Shown in pieces: positions 1 through 9,500 of a DNA stretch of 32,000 nucleotides. The position numbers and the translations under genes are program-made. Origin of the DNA: an archaeon (lineage in GTDB: Archaea; Iainarchaeota; Iainarchaeia; Iainarchaeales; 1-14-0-10-31-34); the NCBI GenBank assembly GCA_024277355.1, contig JAJRVL010000001.1, forward strand, positions 90,001 to 122,000. The letters are read 5' to 3'. The notes under the pieces were generated by a model. That model saw nothing but the letters and a program-made list of their open reading frames with translations. It was not told the origin of the DNA and ran no database searches. Positions within the stretch are counted from its first letter, which is position 1, and each line of letters begins with the position of its first letter.

Positions 1-489
1 TAAATAAAGCAAAGTTTTAACAAATTCTTTTGAACAAGAAGCATATTTTTCATTCTGCATTTTTTCTTTTTCTTTTCTTATTTCTGAAAGCAAAGTAATG
101 TAAGCTAAAATTGGATCAAAAGCAATTAATTCATGAGAAATTTTAACTAATAAGTCATGCCTTAAACCAAAAAATTTTTCACAGTCGCTTCCTGTTTTGC
201 CTAAATTGTCCACTCCCCATAAATTTTCTAATTCAAATTTTGGAACCAACTCTGAAATTTCTTTTAATAATTTAGTTTGCTTTTCATTGTAAACTCTTTC
301 ATAAACTTCAGCCAACACAATCAAATCTGCTTCAACCTGAGACAAAATTGAAATTACATGATAACGGCATGCTTTATCATCAGTTAAAGAAGAAGAATAA
401 ACACAATTCCTGCAGTCAAAAATTAAATGTCTTTTTCCGCCTGATTCTTTAACTGCATAGTCGCCTACTTCAAAGTTCCCTATCTTCAT
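1..489 (-). CDS. Probable archaeal type II/IV secretion system (pilus/secretion) ATPase, GspE/PilT-family N-terminal domain; truncated at window edge
   Basis: Reverse strand from ATG at 489-487 is open to position 1 (163 codons): MKIGNFEVGDYAVKESGGKRHLIFDCRNCVYSSSLTDDKACRYHVISILSQVEADLIVLAEVYERVYNEKQTKLLKEISELVPKFELENLWGVDNLGKTGSDCEKFFGLRHDLLVKISHELIAFDPILAYITLLSEIRKEKEKMQNEKYASCSKEFVKTLLYL. The CxxC-x-SSL...C...VI..L....AD.IVL.E..E..Y pattern recalls the N-terminal region of archaeal GspE-like ATPases. The Walker motifs lie outside the window. Confidence 0.6.
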   Translation of the reverse strand, partial: MKIGNFEVGDYAVKESGGKRHLIFDCRNCVYSSSLTDDKACRYHVISILSQVEADLIVLAEVYERVYNEKQTKLLKEISELVPKFELENLWGVDNLGKTGSDCEKFFGLRHDLLVKISHELIAFDPILAYITLLSEIRKEKEKMQNEKYASCSKEFVKTLLYL

Positions 490-549
490 TTAAACCTAAA
501 AAAATAGGTGAAACTTATATTAAAGTCTTTCTTAAAAGCAGAACAAATA

Positions 550-650
550 ACAAAATTAATAAACAAACAAAAACATAATTAGAATGAAATGACACCAAAA
601 AGAAAAATATCTAAACCTGTAAAAATAAAAAAATTCTTGTCAGGAGGAAC
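550..650 (+). repeat. 101-bp perfect direct repeat, copy A (partner 2453-2553)
   Basis: acaaaattaataaacaaacaaaaacataattagaatgaaatgacaccaaaaagaaaaatatctaaacctgtaaaaataaaaaaattcttgtcaggaggaac is identical at both places. It covers the leader, the ATG and the first ~20 codons of both HTH ORFs. Confidence 0.9.
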
Positions 651-1944
651 ACCAGCACAACAAATAGCAAAACAAACAGGATTTTCAGAAAGCAGATTAA
701 ACCAAATAAAAACAAAACTAAAAAAACAAGGAGTTCACTTGCCAAAATATTCTTCAACAAAATGGAAAAGCAACAAAGGAAAGATGTTTCAAACAGCAAA
801 AATAAGAAAAGCACTAATAACCAGTCCAACAAAAAAAACAATCAAAGAATTTTCAACACAACTAAAAACTAGCAAAACTCTAATCTCCGAAGTAATTAAA
901 CAAATTAAAAAAGAGAATGAAATGTTAATAAAAAAAAGTTTAATTCCATTTGAAATTCAAGTGAAAAAACAAAATAAATTAAAATCAAAAAAAATACAAC
1001 TAATAAAAAAATTTTTGTTAGGGGAAACTCCTGTTTCACAAATAATAAAACAAACAGGGTTATCACAAGCCAGAGTAAGTCAAATAAAAATAGAATTAAA
1101 AAAGCAGGGAATTGAAATTCCTAAATATTCTTCAACACAATGGAAGAATTCAAAAGGAGACATTTACAAAATAAATCAAGTAAGAAAAGCATTAATTACT
1201 AATCCAACAAAACAAACACAAAAACAATACTCAAAACAATTAAAAGTTACTGGCGCCACAATTATTAATGCAATTAAACAAATCAAAAAAGAAAACAGAG
1301 AATTAATAAAAAAAAGAATAAAACCTTTTGAAATTCAAATAAAATCAGGACGCACAAAACCTATTCCTAAATTAACTAAAAAACAACAAGTATTACTAAA
1401 AGAAGCACAATCTTTTATTGATTACACAATAAACAAGTTTTCCTTCAAACACAAATTCAATACAGAAACAAAACAAGATTTTCAAGCAGAAGTTCAAAGA
1501 CAATTACCAAATATAATTAAAAAATTTAATTCAAAAGAATCATCATTAAAAACATGGGTAACACAAAAAATATATAGAATAAACCAAGATTTTAACATAC
1601 AAAGAGAAACACAAAAAACAGGACTATCAAGAATTGAAACAAAAATTGGAAGAAAAATAGAAGCATTTATTGCAGAGCAAACAAATCAAATACAACAACA
1701 AAAACAAAGACCAACAACATACCAAGAAACACAAAAAATACTTAAAAACGCAATCAAAGAAGTAAACAACACAAAACACTATGCAAAACAAATGCAAGCA
1801 AACCCAAAAAAATTCCCTAAAGGAAAACTCACATTAAAACAAGCAAAACAAATAATAAACGCAAGACAAACACAAAACACACAACAAAACATAGAAAATA
1901 TATACAAAAAAACAAACAAAAAAAATACAGCAAACTACAACTGA
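589..1944 (+). CDS. Multi-HTH putative DNA-binding protein: two tandem HTH modules plus a conserved C-terminal helical domain
   Basis: 451-aa ORF. It has tandem related modules (KIKKFLSGGTPAQQIAKQTGFSESRLNQIKTKLKKQG... and KIQLIKKFLLGETPVSQIIKQTGLSQARVSQIKIELKKQG...) and a C-terminal region shared with ORF 2492..3442. Very Lys/Gln-rich. Confidence 0.75.
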   Translation: MTPKRKISKPVKIKKFLSGGTPAQQIAKQTGFSESRLNQIKTKLKKQGVHLPKYSSTKWKSNKGKMFQTAKIRKALITSPTKKTIKEFSTQLKTSKTLISEVIKQIKKENEMLIKKSLIPFEIQVKKQNKLKSKKIQLIKKFLLGETPVSQIIKQTGLSQARVSQIKIELKKQGIEIPKYSSTQWKNSKGDIYKINQVRKALITNPTKQTQKQYSKQLKVTGATIINAIKQIKKENRELIKKRIKPFEIQIKSGRTKPIPKLTKKQQVLLKEAQSFIDYTINKFSFKHKFNTETKQDFQAEVQRQLPNIIKKFNSKESSLKTWVTQKIYRINQDFNIQRETQKTGLSRIETKIGRKIEAFIAEQTNQIQQQKQRPTTYQETQKILKNAIKEVNNTKHYAKQMQANPKKFPKGKLTLKQAKQIINARQTQNTQQNIENIYKKTNKKNTANYN

Positions 1945-1973
1945 CAAAAATAACTCTTAAAAAATTGATTTAA

Positions 1974-2462
1974 ATGAACAAAAACGATGCAGTAAAAGGA
2001 GGAAAATTTTTACTTGAATTAGTTTTAGCTTATGTAATTATTTCCTTATTTTTTTTATTTATTCCATTAGAATTAATTGAATTAATTATAGCAAAAACTG
2101 TTATGATTTTCACAGGCGGAAAAATTGTTTTTCAGGAACCAGTTTTAATTTTATTTGAAAATTTTTCAGTTCAAATAAGTTATTTATGCACAGGCTTAAT
2201 GGAATTTATTTTATTGGCTTCAGCAATAATTGCAACAGCAGGAATCAAAAAAGAAAAAAAAGTTTTGGGAATTGTTGGAGCAGGAATTGCAACTTTTGTT
2301 TTTAATGTAATTAGAATTGTGATAACAATTTCTTTAATTGAAAACACTTCAATAGAAATAATTGAATTAACTCATGATGTTTTATTCAGAATTTCATTAT
2401 TTGTTTTAATTGCAGGATATTATTTTATCTGGTATTACTTTTCAGTGAAAAGACAAAATTAA
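1974..2462 (+). CDS. Archaeosortase/exosortase-family integral membrane transpeptidase/protease
   Basis: 162 aa with several hydrophobic segments and the family's active-site triad in the expected order: SYLCTG (Cys72), NVIRI (Arg114), ELTHD (His134). Confidence 0.8.
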   Translation: MNKNDAVKGGKFLLELVLAYVIISLFFLFIPLELIELIIAKTVMIFTGGKIVFQEPVLILFENFSVQISYLCTGLMEFILLASAIIATAGIKKEKKVLGIVGAGIATFVFNVIRIVITISLIENTSIEIIELTHDVLFRISLFVLIAGYYFIWYYFSVKRQN

Positions 2463-2553
2463 TAAACAAACAAAAACATAATTAGAATGAAATGACACCA
2501 AAAAGAAAAATATCTAAACCTGTAAAAATAAAAAAATTCTTGTCAGGAGGAAC
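2453..2553 (+). repeat. 101-bp perfect direct repeat, copy B
   Basis: Identical to 550-650. Its first bases coincide with the last codons and stop of the archaeosortase ORF. Confidence 0.9.
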
Positions 2554-3442
2554 TCCTGTTCAACAAATAATAAAACAAACAGGATTATCAGAAAGCAGAA
2601 TAAGTCAAATAAAAACAAAATTACAAAAACAAGGAATTCAAATACCCAAATATTCAAAAACTAACTGGAAAGATTCAAAAGGAAACATATACAAACAAGT
2701 TCGAGCAAGAAAAGCTTTGATTACTAATCCAACAAAACAAACAATCAAAGAATACACAAAACAACTAAACTTTAACACATCAACAATTCAAAATGCAATT
2801 AAGCAAATCAAAAAAGAAAACAGAGAATTAATAAGAAAAGGAATAATGCCTTTAGAAATACAAGTAAAATCAGGATATTTAAAACCTATTCCTAAATTAA
2901 CTAAAAAACAACAAGCAGTATTACAACAAGCACAACCTTTTGTTAGACAAGCAGTTAATAGGCTTTCATTTAAACACAAATTCAATACAGAAACAAAACA
3001 AGATTTTCAGGCTGAAGTTCAAAGACAATTACCAAACATAATAAAAAAATTTAAACCAGAAAAATCACAATTAAACTCTTGGATAACCCAAAAAATATAC
3101 CGAATAAACCAAGAATTTAACATAACAAGAGAAAAACAAAAAACAGGACTATCCACAATTGAAACAAAAATCGGAAAAAAACTAGAAACATTTATACAAA
3201 AACAAACAAACATTCTAGAACAACAACAAAAAAGGAAAATAACTTACCAACAAACACAAAAAATACTACTACAAGCAATCAAAGAATTAAACAACACAAA
3301 ACACTATGCAAAAAGAATGAAAAAAAACTACAAAAAAAGATTCCCTAAAAGAAAACTTACACTAAAAGAAGCAACAGAAATACTAAACGCAAGAAACACA
3401 AGAAACACACAACAAAACACAGAAGACAGAAGGGGCTTGTGA
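2492..3442 (+). CDS. HTH putative DNA-binding protein, paralog of 589..1944 with one HTH module
   Basis: 316-aa ORF with the same N-terminus (MTPKRKISKPVKIKKFLSGGTP) and same C-terminal domain (LTKKQQAVL...FKHKFNTETKQDFQAEVQRQLPNIIKKF...W.TQKIYRINQ.FNI..E.QKTGLS.IETKIG). One of the two tandem modules is missing. Confidence 0.75.
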   Translation: MTPKRKISKPVKIKKFLSGGTPVQQIIKQTGLSESRISQIKTKLQKQGIQIPKYSKTNWKDSKGNIYKQVRARKALITNPTKQTIKEYTKQLNFNTSTIQNAIKQIKKENRELIRKGIMPLEIQVKSGYLKPIPKLTKKQQAVLQQAQPFVRQAVNRLSFKHKFNTETKQDFQAEVQRQLPNIIKKFKPEKSQLNSWITQKIYRINQEFNITREKQKTGLSTIETKIGKKLETFIQKQTNILEQQQKRKITYQQTQKILLQAIKELNNTKHYAKRMKKNYKKRFPKRKLTLKEATEILNARNTRNTQQNTEDRRGL

Positions 3443-3456
3443 ACTGTTTTTCCACT

Positions 3457-3519
3457 AAATTTAAATACTACTAAAAACTTATAATTCTGTATATATAACT
3501 AAGTTTGTATATAATATAA
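3457..3519 (+). promoter_or_regulatory. Candidate archaeal TATA-type promoter elements upstream of giant gene 1
   Basis: aaatttaaatac near 3457 and tgtatata repeated at about 3489 and 3507 (tgtatatataac...tgtatataatata), in the only substantial gap before the giant gene. The purine-rich gaaagg at about 3522 resembles a Shine-Dalgarno. Confidence 0.35.
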
Positions 3520-3535
3520 TTGAAAGGCGAAAAAA

Positions 3536-6500
3536 ATGATTTCAGAAAAACTTGGAGGAATTTATTCTGCATTAGAAAACAAGTTTTTTGGTTTCTTTGA
3601 TTTTTTAGAAGAAAAAGGAATTCCTGTTTATTCAGTTATTGAACCAATAGAAGATAAAGGAATTCCATTTTTTCCTTTAACTATTGCATTAATTGTTTTA
3701 CTGCTTGTAAGTGCTTTTGGTTTTGCTTCTGCTGGCCCTTTTGAAGCAAAAATTGAATTAAACTTAAAAGATTCTTACGGTAATCCTTTAACTCAAGTTA
3801 AAGTTTTAGTTAAAGATAAAACAGGACAAAATTTGTTTTCTGAAACAAAAAATCATGGAGATATGATTTCAATTAATGCTTCAGCAGGAACAGAATTATT
3901 TTTTACAGCAGAAAAACAAGGATATGAAAAAAACACTGCAAAAATAAAAGTAATAAATGAAAGCTCTGAAATTGAATTAACTTTAAAGAAATTAATTAAT
4001 ACTATTAAAGGAAAAATAAAATTTTATGACAAAGAAACAGACACTGCTGTTTCAGGCGTTGTAGTTTTAATTGACTGGAAAGAAAGAAAAGAAGAAAAAA
4101 CAGCAGACACTTCTGGTTTAGTTGAATTTTTAGATATTCCATTAGAAGAAGATATTTTAATTACAGCAAAAAGTGATTCATATTATGAGTATTCAGGAAT
4201 AATTAATTTTGAATCAGAAGAAACAAAATCAGTTTATTTAACTCCAAAAGAAATTGCTTTTGCAGGCGAAAGCAATCTAATAATAACTTTATTTGAAAAA
4301 GAAACAGGCAAATTATTAGAGAATGCAAAAATAAAAGTTTATTCAGACAATGAATTAATAGATGAAAAAATTGTTTCAGACGGAGTTTACTCAGAAAATT
4401 TCCCTAAAGGAATTGTAGTAAGATTTACTGCAGAAAAAGACGGATTTAAGTTATTTGAATCAGACGAATTTACTTTAAGAAGTGAAGAAGAAAATGCAGG
4501 AAGTATTGAATTAGAAACAGGCGGAAAAGAAGTAATAATTAAAGTTGTTTATTCAGATACAAAAAATCCAAGTGTTGGAGCAGAAGTAACTTTATTTAAT
4601 TCACAAAATGAAATCATTAATTCTTTTTTTACTTTATATGAAGGGCAAACAGAATTCAAAGGTTTAGGAGAAGAAGAATACTTTATTGGAGCAGTAAAAG
4701 AAGGTTATCTGCCTGCAATAAAAAGAATTGAAAATGGAACTGAAACACTTGAATTAATAAAAGAAAATGAAAATAATTCAAAACCATTAACTGTATTAAC
4801 AATAAATGAAAACGAAAAAGTAATTGAAAATGCTTCCTTGTTTTTTACTCAGATAATTGAAGGGATCGAAATTCCTTTAGGGTTAGGAATAAGAAAAACT
4901 GATGCTGCAGGAAAATTAAATTTAAATGTTCCGTTAAACGCAGAAATATATGTTAAAGCAGTGAAAGATTTACTGACAGGAAAAGAAAAAATTTTAATTG
5001 GAGAATACAATAATAATTTATTAATTAAAATGGAAAAAAAAGATTCAGTTAAAAGCATTAAATTTTTTGATGAAAAAGGACAAATTGTTCAGGGAAATTT
5101 AGTAATTAAAACAAAAGAAGGAGAAGTATTATTTGACGATGAAATAACTGAAGAAGAAATATTATTTGATGCAGGAAACAAAAATTTTGTTGAAATAGAA
5201 TTGACAACAACAAACAAAACTTATTCAGAAGAAATTAATTTAGAAGGAAAAAAAGACATTAAATTAAATTTTGATTCAACTGTTTACAGCAAAAATGCTC
5301 CTGAAATAGAATTTTTAGGAGTATATGATATTTCAGGAAATGAAATTGAAGGAATAACAAAAGGAAAAGAATATATTTTAAAATTTAAAACTGACTGGAG
5401 TAAAAAAACAGAAAAAGGCGGACTTCATTTTCGAACAGGAAATGATTCAATTAAATATGCAGATTCAGAAGATATTGGAATAACAGGATTTGATGCACCT
5501 GCAGTAAATTATTTTTATGGAAGAACTTATTCAATGACTCCTTCTCCAGGAAACAAAGAAATAGATTATTCAAATAAAGGACAAGGCGGAAAACTCAATA
5601 AATTTGTTGAAATTTATTTTAATAAACCTGAAGGAACAAAAATAATCAAAATAAGAATTAAAGCAAGTGAATTAATTTCAGCTGAAAAAATTAAAGTTAA
5701 ATTCAGAGGATGGACTGAAACAAAAAGCGGGTTTTCAAGAACTCCAATAGATGAAATTATAGGGACAACAAAAGATTCAGGTGAAAGACAGGGATTATAT
5801 GCTGAAACAAAAGAAATTGAATTAAAAGTTTATGATTCAGAACCGGAATGTATTGAAGAAGTCTGTGCTGAATATAATATAATTGATGAAACAGGAAAAG
5901 TTTATGACAAAAAAGACTTTTTTGCTTTAAAAAATAAAGTTTATGCATTAGAATTAAATTTAGAGGCAAGAAAAACAATTCAAGCAAACTTTAAATTAAA
6001 TACTTCAAATGAAAATCCAAGAATTGCTTTTACAGGAAAACAAGTTAATTCATTCAGCCAGTTTATTGACAACGATAACAGCGATACTTTAACTGAATTC
6101 ACTGAAACTGTTTCAAGAAAAGGAACAAAAATAAGAGTTTATTTTAAAGCAAAAGAAAAAGGAGAAAGTTTTATTGATTCACGGATTACTACTTTGAAAG
6201 ATTCAATGCAGGAAAATTTTTATTTTAAAATATTTGAAGAAAAAGAAATGCAGTTAACAATTCCTGAAACAGCAAACCAAGGAAAAGACTTTGAAATAAG
6301 AATTTTAGAAGAAGGAACCGGAATTGAAAATGCAGAAATAAGTTTTTATAATTCACAAGGAAGACTTGAAACAGTAATTATAGGAAATGAATTTAACGGA
6401 AAAAACGGAAGATATAAAATAAAAAATAATTTTAAAGCAGGAAATTATTTAGTTAAAATTACTGCAGACAAATTTAAGACAGAAGAAAAACAAATTTCAG

Positions 6501-9500
6501 TTATTTACGGAAAAGGATTAGAGTTAGAAGAAGAAGTTAAATTAAATATTCCTGCAAATGAATTGTTTGCATCAAAAAGAACAAAAATAAATAATTCTTC
6601 AGGAGAAAGAATTGAAAATTTAAGTTATGAATTAAATGGAAATTTACCAAAAGAATTCAAGTTAAGTGTAAATCTTCCTTTAACATTAAATTCAGGGGAA
6701 GAAACTGAAATAGAATTAATTGCAGAATATTCAGGAAACTCAAATGCAGTTGTTTTTGGAGAAACAGAAATAATAATTACAGGAACAATAAATGAAATTC
6801 CAATAAAAGCTATAACAAAAGCAAAAATTAATTATAATCAAAAGTTAGATGAAAAATGTTTGGAATTTGACAGAAGTGAATTAAAAGAATACTTAATTGG
6901 AGCAGGAGGAAACTCAAAACAAATTGAATTAGGATTAAAAAATAACTGTAATGTTCCATTAGAATTTGAATTAGAATTTAAATCAAAAGGAAATAAAGAT
7001 AACGAAATAGAATTTAATGCAGGAAAAATAAGAATAGAAAAAGACGAAATAAAAAACATTAAAATAGGAGTAATAAACAAAATTCAAAGAAATTATGTCA
7101 ACCAAATAGAATTAGATTATGATATTTATTTTAAGTCAAGCCAGTTAACAAAAACAATTCCAGCTAAAATAATTTTATGGCATGAAAGATATTCTTTAAG
7201 TGTCAGTCCTTCAATTGTTTTATGGTTAACTCAAAGCAAAAAAGGAGAAAAAGCAGTTTCAAGAACTCCAATTTTTATCAGGAATACAGGTTTTACTGAT
7301 ATACAAAATTTAAGTTTTTCATTTCAGTTTACTAAACCAGGAAACACTGAACTAAAAATTTTATGGGGAAACACTCCTCAAAAAAACATTGAAGTATTAG
7401 GAAAAGGAATGGGATTAATTCCTCCAATGATAGTTGAAGCACAAACAAACACAAAAGAAAACCAGATAATAATTGGAAAAATAATTGTAAACGGAGTAAT
7501 TGAAGGCAAACAATATATGTTAAGAGAAATAAACACTTTTATCAATGTAAGTTCAGGATGGAGCTGCTTAGAAGCGTGGTCAGATGACATGCAGTTTTAT
7601 TCAGATAATGCTGAATTTGGAGGTATAGACAAAATACTAAATATAACAAACAATTGTGTTGAACCAGTAATAATTAAAGGACTTGAACCAGAAAAAATCG
7701 GAGGAAATGAAATTAATTTAATTGACAGAGATTACATGCTAAGCCCTGGAGCAAGTGATGGATTTATTGTAAGATTAACAAAACAAGCTGAAGCAAACCA
7801 AAAAACAAAACTAAAAGTAATTGGAATAGGACAAAATTCAAGAAAAACAATTAATTCAATGCCGTTTGAAATAGAAATTGCAATAGGAAAAGGTTCAGGT
7901 TTATGCGGAGACGGAGAAGAACCATGCAAAGCAGAAAATGAAACAACAGTAGAATACTGTGATGAAAGCGGATATGCAACAATGTATTTTCCAAAACAAT
8001 CAAGTAATTGTTCAGAAGGCTACTGCGATGCAGAAGAATTAGGAAAATTTTTAGCAGAAAAATTTCAGGAAGAAATAAGAAAAGCACAATTAAGAATTGC
8101 AGAATTAAAAAGCGTTGAAAATTTAGGAAGCAAATGCGACTACTATAATAATTACTGTTCTTTCGGAGCAATGGGAATTACAACTTCTTCATTTGAATTT
8201 TATTTCAAAAACGACAATTTAAGTCAAGACATGCTAAAAAATGAAATCAAGAAATTGGAAGTTAAGGAATTACAGAATTATTTTATCAGACCTGGAGAAA
8301 CAGAAAATGAATTATATTCTTCAGCAGGAAATTCTTTTGGAGAACACCTATTATTAGTTCCTTCAATCAGAGGATGCGGAAGATATCAAGCAAGAATTTT
8401 AGGCGCAACAGCAACACATGGAAATGAATTCAAAGACAATTCAATTAGTTTGCTTTTAAAAATAGAACCAAGAGAAGAAACGCCGGAATGCTATAACAGA
8501 ATACAAAACTTTATGAATTTCCTTCCATTAAATGAAAGTTATTCCCCAGCAAACAATAAAGGAAGCTGGTTAGGAATAATAATAAAAGATGAAGACCCAG
8601 AAATAGAAGAATTACAACGAAATTTTTCCAGGACTTTATTTAAAGATGAAAAAGGAATAAGAATTACAACAGTAAAACAAAATAATTTCATTACATTAAG
8701 AGAAGGAAACTTTGATTCAACAAAAGGAATAGTAAAAATTGCAATAGAAAGAAAAGGAAAAAGCAATACCCCAAAAGAAATTGACATCTACATAACTGAT
8801 GATTTTTTTAATGCACCAGAAGAAGTAAGAAACGACATTGCTTCTGAAGCAGGAGCAATTATTTCATCATTAAAAAACGGAAGAATAGAAAAAGGATGCA
8901 TTTCAAAAGAATTAGATTACTTGATTTTAGGTTCAGTTACAGACATTACTGAAATTGCCAATATTCAATGGAAAGATAAAACAAAATTAATCAATTTATA
9001 TCCTGATGCATATAGTTGTGCTGACTTAAAACTGCAAAGCAAGATTGAAAGTCCGGAAACAGTTTTAAGTTGGAATTTAGTTAATGAAGAATTACAAGGA
9101 ATACAAAAAACAGAAACAGTTTTGAAATATAAAGATGGAAGAGAAATAACAAACAAAGGAGAAGAAATAATTCCTTTAAACAGAGTTGAATGGACTGAAG
9201 AAGGAAACCTTTATTCTTTTAATTCTGAATTATGCTTTAAAGGTTCAGATAACCCAAGACAAGCAATGGGTTCAAAAATTAAATTAAACGTTGAAGGACT
9301 AAAAGAAAGAACCTTACAGTTTGGAGTTTGTGCTATTACTCCAATTGAATTTATTGAAAGAAGCAGAACAAAAACAAAAATTGGAAAATGGTTTGCTACA
9401 GTTGACTGGAAAAATAAACCAGAAGAATTACCTTTTACTTCAGCTCAAGCACAATATTATTTAGATAACCCAGAACAAAGCCCTGCATTTAAAAGAGATA

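Noticed and set aside
611-841. Leu/Phe-rich minus-strand ORF (MFFLLDWLLVLFLFLL...)
   Set aside because: Reverse complement of the Lys/Gln-rich HTH gene; the hydrophobicity is a composition artefact, not a membrane protein.
7851-8171. Plus-strand ORF in an alternative frame, plus similar short ones at 5757, 9489, 10233, 12180, 14419, 17209, 20963, 24011 and 26708
   Set aside because: Out-of-frame overlaps within long verified ORFs; translations are Leu/Phe/His-rich frame shadows.
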